From an uncultured SAR116 cluster alpha proteobacterium (GTDB lineage Bacteria > Pseudomonadota > Alphaproteobacteria > Puniceispirillales > Marisalimonadaceae), in the NCBI GenBank assembly GCA_902622875.1, contig CACNRW010000011.1:6289-70288 (forward strand): DNA of 64,000 nucleotides, read 5' to 3'. The notes below the pieces were generated by a model. The model searched no databases, was not told where the DNA came from, and saw only the letters and a list, made by a program, of their open reading frames with translations. Of this stretch, positions 1-9,907 are shown piece by piece. A program made the translations under genes and the position numbers. Each line of letters starts with the position of its first letter. Within the stretch, counting starts at the first letter, position 1.

Positions 1-2
1 AT

Positions 3-755
3 TATTCAGTTAGAAATAAACGTGGTCATAAATCTATTGAAGTTATTAACAACACTCTATCAAAGGTCGCAACAGACAGGCCAGATAGATTTTTATCTTT
101 AGGTCATCTTCCATTACAGGATACCGAAGCTGCAGTTAAAGAAATGGAAAGAGGTGTTAAAGAACTAAATTTAAAAGGGTTTCAGGTATTAGGAACTGTT
201 GATGGTCACGAGTTATCTGATCCTTCACTAGATGCAGTTTGGGAGACTGCTCAAAAATTAGATACACTTATTTTTATTCATCCAAATGGATATCCTCAAG
301 GAGATCGTTTGAAAAATCATTATTTTAATAATGTAATTGGCAATCCCCTAGATACAACTGTTGCTCTCCATCATCTTATTTTTGATGGAACACTAGAAAA
401 ATTTCCAAACCTTAAAATTTTAGCATCACATGGAGGTGGTTACTTACCTTCTTATGCTGGAAGAATAGATCATGCATGGGGGGCTAGACCTGATTGTAGA
501 GGTAATGATCTAAAGCATCCTCCTAGTTATTATTTAAAGAAAATGTATTTTGATACAATTGTCTTTACTTATGAGCAATTAAAATATTTGGTAGATGTAT
601 TTGGTGCTGACAAAATTGTTATGGGAACTGACTATCCTTATGATATGGCAGAAGATGATCCTATAGGTCATGTATTGGGCACTCCTGGCCTAAATGAAGA
701 AGAGATAAAAAAGATAACAGGTATAAATGCTGCCAAATTATTAGGTGTTAGTTAA
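3..755 (+). CDS. Amidohydrolase_2 family protein (ACMSD/LigW/PicC-like decarboxylase or hydratase), 5'-truncated by window edge
   Basis: Frame is open from position 3 (YSVRNKRGHKS...DRFLSLGHLPLQD) into the ORF-track 144 start; motifs FIHP, SHGGG, YFDT, MGTDYPYD. Confidence 0.85.
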   Translation, partial: YSVRNKRGHKSIEVINNTLSKVATDRPDRFLSLGHLPLQDTEAAVKEMERGVKELNLKGFQVLGTVDGHELSDPSLDAVWETAQKLDTLIFIHPNGYPQGDRLKNHYFNNVIGNPLDTTVALHHLIFDGTLEKFPNLKILASHGGGYLPSYAGRIDHAWGARPDCRGNDLKHPPSYYLKKMYFDTIVFTYEQLKYLVDVFGADKIVMGTDYPYDMAEDDPIGHVLGTPGLNEEEIKKITGINAAKLLGVS

Positions 756-773
756 CTATAGTAAATTCAGGGG

Positions 774-1817
774 ATGATCATGATTAATCAAATTAATGTT
801 GGTATTATCGGAACTGGATGGTGTGGTGGCATAAGAGCTAATGCGTGCGCTGATAATCCTCTTGTAGATAAGTTATATATTGCTGAAACAAACTCTAATC
901 GATTAAAAGAATTAAAAAATTCTCTCAATATAGAAATGGCTACGGAAAATTGGCAAGAATTAGTAAATAATAAAAATATTGATACTATTATTATATCTGC
1001 AACTCCAGAGACCACACACTATCCTATTGCACTTGCTGCTCTTAAAGCGGGTAAAAACGTTTTTTTAGAAAAACCTATAGCTACAACATTAAAAGAAGCT
1101 GAAGAATTAATAGATGTATCAATTAAAAATAATGTAAAATTTACAATTGGTTATTCGCAAAGATTTAATGCAAAATATGCATATGTAAATAAAACATTAA
1201 AAGAAAATTTGATAGGTGAACCAGTCACTTGCCTTGTAAGCAGACATATTACTCGTGAGCTTGGTAAAAAAATTTCTGGTAGAACAGCTCTATCCCCTGC
1301 TGCTATGGAAGCAACACATGATTTAGATTTTTTATTATGGTGTTTACAACCAAGAAAGCCTATAAAAGTATATAGTCAAACTTCTGGAAAATTATTCTCA
1401 AAGAACAGTAACACACCTGATCATCAATGGATTATGGTTACATTAGATGATGGGATCACTATAACAATAGGTGCTGGATGGATACTTCCTTTAGGCTATC
1501 CAAATTTTTCTAATACCTGGATAGAAGTCATTGGCACTGATGGATCTTTATTTATTGATGATACACATAAGGATGTTCAGCTTAGTACGGTTAAAGATGG
1601 TATTAGATATCCTATGTCCTCTATGCCAGGTGAACCTGTAAACCATACACATGCTGGTCCCATGCATGAAGAAACAATGCATTTTATAAATGCAGTTGCA
1701 TTAAATAAGCCTGTATTAGTAAAGCCAGAAGAAGCTAAAACAGTTATGGAACTTTATATGGCAGCAGACTTGTCAGCAGAAAATGGAGAACCTGTTCTTT
1801 TACCCAGGAATAATTAA
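774..1817 (+). CDS. Gfo/Idh/MocA family oxidoreductase
   Basis: N-terminal VGIIGTGWCG Rossmann motif, LEKP motif, EATHDLD; start could be 780. Confidence 0.9.
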   Translation: MIMINQINVGIIGTGWCGGIRANACADNPLVDKLYIAETNSNRLKELKNSLNIEMATENWQELVNNKNIDTIIISATPETTHYPIALAALKAGKNVFLEKPIATTLKEAEELIDVSIKNNVKFTIGYSQRFNAKYAYVNKTLKENLIGEPVTCLVSRHITRELGKKISGRTALSPAAMEATHDLDFLLWCLQPRKPIKVYSQTSGKLFSKNSNTPDHQWIMVTLDDGITITIGAGWILPLGYPNFSNTWIEVIGTDGSLFIDDTHKDVQLSTVKDGIRYPMSSMPGEPVNHTHAGPMHEETMHFINAVALNKPVLVKPEEAKTVMELYMAADLSAENGEPVLLPRNN

Positions 1818-2329
1818 TGAAATCAATAAATATTACACCAAATCTTGTTACTAGTATTATAAGTATTATATTTGGAATTTTTATTTTTCTTAAAATACCT
1901 ACAGAAGTGGAAAAGCCATTATTGCTTTTTGGTCAATCTTCTTCTGAAATAGATCCAAAGATTGTTCCTGCTATTATATCTTTCATGTTTTTTATATTTG
2001 GCTTGTATACTCTATTTTTTGAAAGAGAGGATAAAAGTATAAATGTTTGGCCTTTATTTTCAAAAGAAATGCTTTTAAATGTTTTAGTTACAATTATTTT
2101 TTTATTTGGTTATTCATTAACATTTGAGTCCTTAGGATTTGTTCTATCTAGTTTTCTTCTCATTTTCTTTTTGAGCAATTACATGGGAAATGTAAATTTA
2201 AAATTTGTGACTTTGATTGCAATTATTTTTCCTATCACTGTTTTTTTTATTTTCGTCAATATAATGCATGTTTTTTTACCGGCGTTTCCATTTTTAGAAA
2301 TGCGGATTGGAAATTTTTTAATAATGTAA
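1817..2329 (+). CDS. tctB: TTT small membrane subunit (TctB family)
   Basis: 4-5 TM hydrophobic protein, LGFVLSS and C-terminal FVNIMHVFLP; directly upstream of tctA/tctC. Confidence 0.8.
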   Translation: MKSINITPNLVTSIISIIFGIFIFLKIPTEVEKPLLLFGQSSSEIDPKIVPAIISFMFFIFGLYTLFFEREDKSINVWPLFSKEMLLNVLVTIIFLFGYSLTFESLGFVLSSFLLIFFLSNYMGNVNLKFVTLIAIIFPITVFFIFVNIMHVFLPAFPFLEMRIGNFLIM

Positions 2330-2340
2330 GGTGAATATAT

Positions 2341-3879
2341 ATGTTAGAAAGTTTTTTTAATTCTTTTCCTTTAATTTTAGGAAGTGGTAATTTTCTAACA
2401 ATTATTTTTGTAATAGCTTTAGGTCTTTTAATTGGTTTGTTTGTTGGTGCATTACCTGGATTAACTACCTTAATGGCAATGGCTATTGTACTTCCTATAT
2501 CATTTTTTATGGATCCCTTGGTTGGAATTCCTTTTTTGATTGGTGTTTACAAAGGAGGAATTTTTGGAGGTTCTATTCCAGCAATCCTAGTTTCATTACC
2601 TGGAACGGGTGCATCAGTGGCAACTACCTTCGATGGACCACCCTTAACAAAAATGGGAAAAGGCAGAAAAGCACTTGAAACTGCATTATTTTCCTCTGTA
2701 ATAGCTGATTTTTCAAGTGATATTGTTACTATTCTTCTTATTGGACCTATAGCTTTAGTCGCTTTATTAATAGGACCTCCTGAGTTAGCAGCTATATTAT
2801 TTTTAAGTATTTTAATTATTTCTTCTACATCAAATGGAAGTGTAGGAAAAAATATGATTATGTTAGCTGCAGGACTATTTATAGCTATGATTGGTCAAGA
2901 CCCAATAGCAGCATTATCAAGATTCACGTTTGATGTTTTTGAACTTAGAGCTGGTGTTCCTTTATTACCAATGCTTATAGGATTATTTGCTATACCAGAG
3001 ATTTTAATAAATATTGAAACTAAAGCCAAAGAATTTGTTAAAACAAAACTAAATTTAAAAAAAGAAGAAAAATTAACTTGGGAAGAATTTTTAAAGTTAA
3101 GAAAAACAATCCTCAGAAGTACCGTTATAGGAACAACCATTGGAATGATTCCTGGAGTTGGTCAGGTTGTTGCAGCTTTTGTAGGATACGCGGCAGCAAA
3201 AAATTCCTCAAAAACACCTGAAAAATTCGGAAAAGGAGAATTAGAGGGAATTGCAGCACCAGAAGCTGCAAATAATGCTGTAAACGGCCCCACTCTTGTT
3301 CCACTTTTAACACTAGGAATACCCGGAGATAATATCACTGCTATTTTACTTGGGGCCTTTATTGCACATGGCTTAAGACCTGGACCAGAACTAATGTCAG
3401 AGCAAGGAAGTATAGTGTTTGCAATTTTATTATGTATGTTAATTGCTAATATTCTATTTTTGATTTTAGGTTATTTTACAATGCCATTATTTTCAAAAGT
3501 AGTAACAATAAAAAAGTCTTATTTAATTCCTTTAACAATCATTTTTGCATTTGCGGGGTCATATGTATTTAGGCATAATCCTGCTGACTTATATTTTTTG
3601 TTATTTTTTGGAATTTTTGGTTATATATTGAAAAAACTTCAATTTGACGTAACACCTTTAGTCATGGCTTTTATTTTAGCCCCATCTTTAGAATATGCAT
3701 TTGGCCAAACATTAAGTTTAGGCGATGACAATGTTTTAATGTATTTACTCTCTGAAAGACCAATAGCTGCTCTTATTATTGTGTCTACTCCAGTAATAAC
3801 TTGGAAACTTTTTCAGAGAAGTAAAAAGTTGCGTGACGTCGCAACTTCACTTACCTCATCGCAGGTAAAATCAAGTTAA
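2341..3879 (+). CDS. tctA: TTT large permease (TctA family)
   Basis: GALPGL, GGSIPAILVSLPG, PEAANNA, LTLGIPG, GLRPGP signature motifs. Confidence 0.95.
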   Translation: MLESFFNSFPLILGSGNFLTIIFVIALGLLIGLFVGALPGLTTLMAMAIVLPISFFMDPLVGIPFLIGVYKGGIFGGSIPAILVSLPGTGASVATTFDGPPLTKMGKGRKALETALFSSVIADFSSDIVTILLIGPIALVALLIGPPELAAILFLSILIISSTSNGSVGKNMIMLAAGLFIAMIGQDPIAALSRFTFDVFELRAGVPLLPMLIGLFAIPEILINIETKAKEFVKTKLNLKKEEKLTWEEFLKLRKTILRSTVIGTTIGMIPGVGQVVAAFVGYAAAKNSSKTPEKFGKGELEGIAAPEAANNAVNGPTLVPLLTLGIPGDNITAILLGAFIAHGLRPGPELMSEQGSIVFAILLCMLIANILFLILGYFTMPLFSKVVTIKKSYLIPLTIIFAFAGSYVFRHNPADLYFLLFFGIFGYILKKLQFDVTPLVMAFILAPSLEYAFGQTLSLGDDNVLMYLLSERPIAALIIVSTPVITWKLFQRSKKLRDVATSLTSSQVKSS

Positions 3880-3904
3880 TTTCTCATTTGAAAGGAGGAA
3901 AAAA

Positions 3905-4852
3905 ATGAATAATTTATTAAAAACTTTTATAGCTATATTGGCTATTATTAACTTTTCGTGGATAGCAAAAGCTGACTATCCTGAAAAACCAATTACAATG
4001 GTTATACCTTTTGGCCCTGGGGGATCTCACGACTTAAATGCTAGAGTCTTTACAAGTATAATTCCACAATATCTAGGAAATGCGATTATAGTCAAATTAG
4101 TTCCAGGTGCTAGTGGTCAAACTGGAACTGCTATGGTAGCTCAAGCAAAACCAGATGGTTATACACTTTTGTTTACTCATAATTATGTGGATCAACTTCA
4201 GCATCATGTTAAAAAGTTACCTTATAAGCCTTTGAGTGACTTTGTTACTGTGGGAAGATTAAACTATGCCGCTGCTTGTATGATAGTTTTAAGTAAATCT
4301 AAATATCAATCAGTTCAGGATGTTTTTGATGCGGCTAAATCAAGCAATGGTAAGTTAAAACTTGGACATTCAGGTATGTGGGGCGCAACAATGGTTCCAA
4401 TGGCTCAATTAATGTCTTGGGGTAAGGTAAATGCTAACTTAACGCCTTTTAAGGGCGGTGGTCCAATGGTTAAAGGGTTACTAGCGGGAGATGTAGAGGC
4501 AGTATTACACTTTCCATCAGTAATTAAAGGTCAAGGATCAAAAGTTAGAACTTTAGCATGTGGAGCAAAAGAAAAAAGTCTTGGGACACCTCCAACATTT
4601 GAAGAACTAGGTTTTACAGGACAAATTGGGTATATGGACAGGATTTTGATGGCACCTGCAAAAACACCGCCTGAACGAATTAAAATTCTTCAAGATGCTC
4701 TGTCAAAGCTAAAAGATGACAAAACATTCAAAAAATTTATGAAAAGATTAGGCGAAAACATGAAATTTATGAGTGGTCCAGATTACGAAAAGATTAGAGC
4801 AGAAAAATCAAATAATTATAAATCTTTAGTTAAGCAAATGACTAAAGGTTAA
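3905..4852 (+). CDS. tctC: TTT substrate-binding protein (TctC/Bug)
   Basis: Signal peptide, YPEKPITMVIPFGPGGSHD, PGASG, KPDGYTL, PFKGGG; strong AGGAGG RBS. Confidence 0.95.
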   Translation: MNNLLKTFIAILAIINFSWIAKADYPEKPITMVIPFGPGGSHDLNARVFTSIIPQYLGNAIIVKLVPGASGQTGTAMVAQAKPDGYTLLFTHNYVDQLQHHVKKLPYKPLSDFVTVGRLNYAAACMIVLSKSKYQSVQDVFDAAKSSNGKLKLGHSGMWGATMVPMAQLMSWGKVNANLTPFKGGGPMVKGLLAGDVEAVLHFPSVIKGQGSKVRTLACGAKEKSLGTPPTFEELGFTGQIGYMDRILMAPAKTPPERIKILQDALSKLKDDKTFKKFMKRLGENMKFMSGPDYEKIRAEKSNNYKSLVKQMTKG

Positions 4853-4859
4853 ATTCAAA

Positions 4860-4894
4860 ATGGTATGCCTACATTAAAAGGCATACCATCTTTT
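4860..4894 (+). terminator. Rho-independent terminator/stabilising hairpin after tctC
   Basis: ATGGTATGCCT (4860-4870) / AGGCATACCAT (4879-4889) perfect 11-bp stem followed by CTTTT. Confidence 0.8.
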
Positions 4895-4898
4895 AATT

Positions 4899-5786
4899 AT
4901 GTACCAAGAAATAATATCAATAACTGGACCTGTTTTTTTATTAATATTTTTAGGTTTTGCAGTATCTAAATTAAAGATAGAGATTCACGAAAAAACATTG
5001 GGTTTTTTACTTACGCATATTGGATCTCCATGTTTAATCTTTCATACTTTATCTACGACGAATATTGAATTAAATATTCTTCTTGAAATTTTCTTTGCAG
5101 CAATATGTGTAATTTTTATTTCATCCATTTTAGCTCTAATTGTTTTAAAATTATTTAAAGAGGAGTTTAGTCCTTATTTTAGCTGTTTAATACATCCTAA
5201 TTCGGCTAATTTGGCATTACCCTTATCTATATTAACATACGGCGAAACGGGTCTTATGTATGCTATTCCATATTATGTTGTAGTAGCAATATCCCAAAAT
5301 ACATTTGGATATTTAACTATTCTAGGATCTTTTAGGTTTTTATATTTATTGTATCATCCAATTTTTGTATTAACTCTTTTAGGTTTGATAGTAATGACTC
5401 ATAAAATATCTTTACCTCTAGTTATCATAAATACAACAAATTATCTTGGGCAAATAGTCATACCCATATCATTGATATTATTGGGTTATTCGCTTTCAAA
5501 TTTAAAGGTTAAAAATTTTATCAAAGGATTTTTTTATACACTTGCTCGTTTTTTTATTGGTTTAGTAAGCGCTTTATTAGTCTTACTTTTAATGGATATT
5601 ACTGGTGTAAAGGCCGGTGTTATTTTGATTATGTCAACAATGCCAGTCGCGTTATTAAATTATATATTTACTGTTCAAGTAAATAAAGACACAACAACAG
5701 TAGCTGGATTGGTTGTAATATCAACAATATCAACTTTGATAATTCTACCTTTTCTTATAAGTATCATTTTAATGTATTTTAATTAA
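4899..5786 (+). CDS. AEC (auxin efflux carrier) family transporter
   Basis: About 10 TM, GPVFLLI, PCLIF, PNSANLALP, MPVA motifs. Confidence 0.85.
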   Translation: MYQEIISITGPVFLLIFLGFAVSKLKIEIHEKTLGFLLTHIGSPCLIFHTLSTTNIELNILLEIFFAAICVIFISSILALIVLKLFKEEFSPYFSCLIHPNSANLALPLSILTYGETGLMYAIPYYVVVAISQNTFGYLTILGSFRFLYLLYHPIFVLTLLGLIVMTHKISLPLVIINTTNYLGQIVIPISLILLGYSLSNLKVKNFIKGFFYTLARFFIGLVSALLVLLLMDITGVKAGVILIMSTMPVALLNYIFTVQVNKDTTTVAGLVVISTISTLIILPFLISIILMYFN

Positions 5787-5834
5787 AGCAATATATAATT
5801 TATTTTAATAACTAATTGTTTTTTATATTATTAC

Positions 5835-6545
5835 TTAAGTATCAAATACAGCTATTGCCCTAATAGGGCTTCCAGTCCCTCCCCTGATTTTAAGTGGCAA
5901 CCCAATAAATTTAAATCTACCTTTTCCAATAAGTTGATCTAAGTTTATTAAACCTTCTATATGTGTAAAGCCCATTTCTTTACAAACATTGTGAACTTCA
6001 AAATTATTTTTACCTGGAGTGCCTGGGCTTACAGCTTCAACCCCAAAGCTTGTTATACCTTGTTTTCCAAGCCATTCAGCAGATTTTCGTGTCAAACCAG
6101 GAAAATCAGTTAAAAATTTATTAGTGCCATAAGTCCTATCATAGTGAGCCATATATAATAATACTGTATCTTTTGGGTTAATGCTTAATTCATCTCTTTC
6201 TAAAGCTGCTTCTAAATCTTCTATTGTTATATTAGATTTAAGTGGTTTATGAGATAAATCTAAACAAATACCCTCTGTATAAAAATTCTCTAAGGGCATT
6301 TTATCGATAGATTTTGCATTAGGATCCGGGTCAAAATGTGAAAATGCATCTATATGAGTTCCAGTATGCTCTCCCATGGACATATACATAGATGCACACG
6401 AAAATTTTATTCCTTCTGCTTCTCTTATAGTTTTATGTGTCTGGTAATCAGATAGTACCATAGGGGGATGATTAGGAAGTGTGGGACATTTTTGATATAT
6501 TTCAACAGAAAGATCAATTATTTTAATGTTCAATTTGTTCTCCAA
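5835..6545 (-). CDS. Cyclase family (kynurenine formamidase-like) metal-dependent hydrolase
   Basis: EHTGTHIDAFSH metal motif, HIEGLINL, PLKIRGGTGSPIRA. Confidence 0.9.
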   Translation of the reverse strand: MENKLNIKIIDLSVEIYQKCPTLPNHPPMVLSDYQTHKTIREAEGIKFSCASMYMSMGEHTGTHIDAFSHFDPDPNAKSIDKMPLENFYTEGICLDLSHKPLKSNITIEDLEAALERDELSINPKDTVLLYMAHYDRTYGTNKFLTDFPGLTRKSAEWLGKQGITSFGVEAVSPGTPGKNNFEVHNVCKEMGFTHIEGLINLDQLIGKGRFKFIGLPLKIRGGTGSPIRAIAVFDT

Positions 6546-6591
6546 TTAGTTTTAATATAAAATTAAATTTAACATATTTTAGGGTCTATTA

Positions 6592-7488
6592 ATGAAAAAA
6601 GTTATTAAAGTTGCAGGTTATCAAGGAGATGCTTCAGTCCATACAAGGTCAATGAATTTTTTTATTAAAAAATTGTCAAAAACTTTTGATTTTGAATATG
6701 AAAAAGACATAACATTATCAGGAAAAAAAGCTTCATCTCTAATTGAAATGACTAGAAACAACAATATACAAGTATCTTATTTATGGTCTAGTTATTATGA
6801 AAAATTATTACCAGAAATACAACTCTTAGACTTACCTTTTTATTTCCAAAATAAAAAAGAAGTAAAGGACTTAATTGAGATTAAGTTTAATAGATTTGTG
6901 TCAGAAAAGTTAGAAAATAATCTCAATTTAAAACTATTAGGCTTTTGGGATAACGGTGCTAGACATATTAGCACAAATCGATCATTTATAAATGATGAAA
7001 ACTCCTGTACTGATCTTAAAATTAGAACAACTCCTAGCGAATTACATATAAATATTTTTAATAGATTAGGTTTTAAATCTTGTCCTTTAGATGTAAGAGA
7101 CTTTAAAAAAGCATTATCAAATAGTGAAATAGATGCTCAAGAAAACCCTTTAACTAACTTTTGGAATTTTGGAGTTCAAAATTCTCAAAAATACCTTACT
7201 TTATCCTCTCATCTTTTTGGTTTTTGTTTATTTGTTATTAATCATTATTTTTTCAATAAATTAAACGAACTAGAGAAAAAGTTAATTTTAGAAGCATCAA
7301 AAGAAACTATAAATTATCAATTTAAGTTAGCAGAAGAGGATGATAAAAAACTTATAGATATGATAAAAAAAGAAAATGTAAAAATTTATGAAATGACAAA
7401 TTTTGAAAAAAATAATCTATTGAGAAAGGTTAAAGATTTTCATAATAAGTTTTTTATAAAATTTCCTAATATGAATTTTAAATTATAA
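6592..7488 (+). CDS. Orphan TRAP substrate-binding protein (DctP family), no signal peptide
   Basis: LDLPF, GFWDNGARHI, LKIRT, IDAQENP motifs; N-terminus has no hydrophobic signal. Confidence 0.85.
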   Translation: MKKVIKVAGYQGDASVHTRSMNFFIKKLSKTFDFEYEKDITLSGKKASSLIEMTRNNNIQVSYLWSSYYEKLLPEIQLLDLPFYFQNKKEVKDLIEIKFNRFVSEKLENNLNLKLLGFWDNGARHISTNRSFINDENSCTDLKIRTTPSELHINIFNRLGFKSCPLDVRDFKKALSNSEIDAQENPLTNFWNFGVQNSQKYLTLSSHLFGFCLFVINHYFFNKLNELEKKLILEASKETINYQFKLAEEDDKKLIDMIKKENVKIYEMTNFEKNNLLRKVKDFHNKFFIKFPNMNFKL

Positions 7489-7490
7489 AT

Positions 7491-8693
7491 TTAAAAGTAT
7501 GCTTCACCAGGCTTAATTGTTGGGACCCATTCACAATCACCAAAAGGTCCATCACCTTTATTACTAACATAAGCAATTCTTTTATCATTCGTCTTATCTT
7601 CTAATAATGCTTTTTGTAGCCAATCCATTATATAATGATGACAATCTAACTTTCCTAAATTAGGAATACCCCACAATGGATGAAATTGATCTTCAATTAC
7701 CCATAATTCTTTTTTACAAGTTAAATCTTCGTAAACCTCAACAGCGTCTTCTAATGGACATAGTGGATCAAATTCACCGGTTGCCAATAACGTTGGACAT
7801 TTAACTTTATCAGCATATCCTTTGACAGTCATTTTTTCAGCCATTTTATCAAACTCTTCCTCATCATCCATGCCTGCCATATACATAAACATTTGTTTAA
7901 ATCTAGGAGAAGAAACTGAAAATATAGTGTTATTTGGATTAAATGTAGCTACACCACTAGCTAATGCAGCTGGCCTATTATCATAACTTGCTAATCTCAG
8001 AGACCAATAACTGCCCATACTAACGCCATAAATACCAATTTTCTTAGAATCAATCTCTTCTCTGGTCTCTAAATAATCTATAACTGCTGCCCCTGCTCTT
8101 TCATAATTATCAGCAACAGCTCTAATTTTTTGAATATTTGAATTGCCTTGACCAGGACCGTCCATTGATATCACGTGCATTCCTCTACTAACCCCAAGAC
8201 TATTCATTACTCTTGGAAAATATTCTTTCGTTTGATCCATTCCAGGTACATATATAACACAAGGTGCCTTCCTTCTGTCTGGTAATAGATGCAACAAACA
8301 TGAAATGGTTTTACCATCGTCAAAAGGTACTTCAACTCTTTCAATTGGATAAGGTGCTAATGCAGATCTTTTGTCTACCATTTCTTTTAATTTATTACTC
8401 AAGTAGATTTTAACGGGGTTATCATCAAAATAAATTGGATGCTGTGCCATTCGGTAAGATTCTACAGCATGATCATAATGTTCAAGAGCTGTCGCTTTAA
8501 AACCGTTTTTTTCAGCAGTTTTTGCTAAAGCTTCATCATGTTCAGCTTTTTTTCTCCACATTTTAGGAAGCATTCTGTAATTATGAGCTCTTGCTGGAGT
8601 TTCAGGATCGTCCCTTTCAAAATTTTGAACTCTACCCCTCATGTTAAGGGCTAAATCTAACATCCACTGCTGATTATCTCTTTTAGTTCTCAT
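7491..8693 (-). CDS. Alpha/beta hydrolase of the DHPON hydrolase/FrsA family
   Basis: IERVEVPF, PGMDQTKE, DGPGQG, nucleophile GVSMG, GEFDPL. Confidence 0.8.
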   Translation of the reverse strand: MRTKRDNQQWMLDLALNMRGRVQNFERDDPETPARAHNYRMLPKMWRKKAEHDEALAKTAEKNGFKATALEHYDHAVESYRMAQHPIYFDDNPVKIYLSNKLKEMVDKRSALAPYPIERVEVPFDDGKTISCLLHLLPDRRKAPCVIYVPGMDQTKEYFPRVMNSLGVSRGMHVISMDGPGQGNSNIQKIRAVADNYERAGAAVIDYLETREEIDSKKIGIYGVSMGSYWSLRLASYDNRPAALASGVATFNPNNTIFSVSSPRFKQMFMYMAGMDDEEEFDKMAEKMTVKGYADKVKCPTLLATGEFDPLCPLEDAVEVYEDLTCKKELWVIEDQFHPLWGIPNLGKLDCHHYIMDWLQKALLEDKTNDKRIAYVSNKGDGPFGDCEWVPTIKPGEAYF

Positions 8694-8706
8694 GATAAGA
8701 AACTCC

Positions 8707-9897
8707 TTAATTAAAATTAATATTTATATTTGGTTCTAATGCTTTACTTAATGTTGCATGAAGATAACAAGTCTTCTCAGACATATCTATTAACTTTTCA
8801 TTATGTTCGTCGCTAGCTGAACCATTCACGAATAAATGAGTGTCTAATGGTAGCATCTCAATTGATCCATTAGATTTTTCTTTAAATGTTGCATATTGTG
8901 ACATTCTTAATCCTTCTATATTAAACTTTTGATGGTGAATATATCTATGTGTTTGTGTTAAAAAACAAAAAGAAATTGCAGCTCCCATTGTGTTTACTGG
9001 CGAAGGAGCAATTACACCATTAATATCCATACCAATTACAAAATGTGTCATACCCGGCAAGCCTAAAACTGTATCAACTTCTATAATGTTATCTGAAGGT
9101 TTTGTAATGCTTTGTCCAACTATAGTTCTAATAATTTTATTAAAATTACTATTGTTGGAAACATTTTTAGATGATTTTGAAATATTATATCCGTCTACAG
9201 GTTCCACTTTTCCACTTGAAACTTCACCAGTTTTTACAATCATTCTATCGCTAAAAAAATCATTTTTATTTGGTGAAGGTTGTTTATGATAATAATTGTA
9301 TGGATCTTCAGGATTATTTAAGGAACTTTCGTTTAAATTTGAAAGATTTTTCCTTCTACCATTGGCAATCAATGAAAAAGTATTTTTAAGAGGTGTCCTT
9401 AAAGCTGTCAAAACTGGGGATAATTGAGAACATTTATTAACCAAGCTCTCAATTTTAGATTGATCTTCTGAAGTTTTAATGTCTAAATTTATTTCCGTTG
9501 GTTCAGCATGCCCTTCTCCATCGCCCTTAACAAAAGAACCAGTTAAATAGTAAGAATTTTTAACTTCGCATTTAACTTCATCTATTGATAAATTTTCTTT
9601 AGATGCAGTTTTTAAAATTCTACCAACAATATCCCCATGTATAGAAGCATTAAAAAATCCGAGTGGAAATGGTGCGAGGTCAGTTCCATTTAAATGTTTT
9701 CCTTCATCAGAGGTTAATCTCCAAGAATGGGAATTTAAATCACCTTCGTAACCTATAGTTTCTTTTTGTAAAAGAGCCATTTGACGGGTATGAGAAACGA
9801 AGGTTTTATTTAAATCATCAGAATTAGTTGTAGTACCTTTATTAATTAAGAAACCTAAAGGGTAACCATCTTTACTTATATCTTCGTATTTCATCAT
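8707..9897 (-). CDS. Tandem OsmC-like domain protein
   Basis: N-half SDEGKHLNGTDLAPFP...QLSPV and C-half APSP...SFCFLTQ...KTCYLH both resemble OsmC folds. Confidence 0.6.
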   Translation of the reverse strand: MMKYEDISKDGYPLGFLINKGTTTNSDDLNKTFVSHTRQMALLQKETIGYEGDLNSHSWRLTSDEGKHLNGTDLAPFPLGFFNASIHGDIVGRILKTASKENLSIDEVKCEVKNSYYLTGSFVKGDGEGHAEPTEINLDIKTSEDQSKIESLVNKCSQLSPVLTALRTPLKNTFSLIANGRRKNLSNLNESSLNNPEDPYNYYHKQPSPNKNDFFSDRMIVKTGEVSSGKVEPVDGYNISKSSKNVSNNSNFNKIIRTIVGQSITKPSDNIIEVDTVLGLPGMTHFVIGMDINGVIAPSPVNTMGAAISFCFLTQTHRYIHHQKFNIEGLRMSQYATFKEKSNGSIEMLPLDTHLFVNGSASDEHNEKLIDMSEKTCYLHATLSKALEPNININFN

Positions 9898-9907
9898 AAC
9901 TCCTTGT

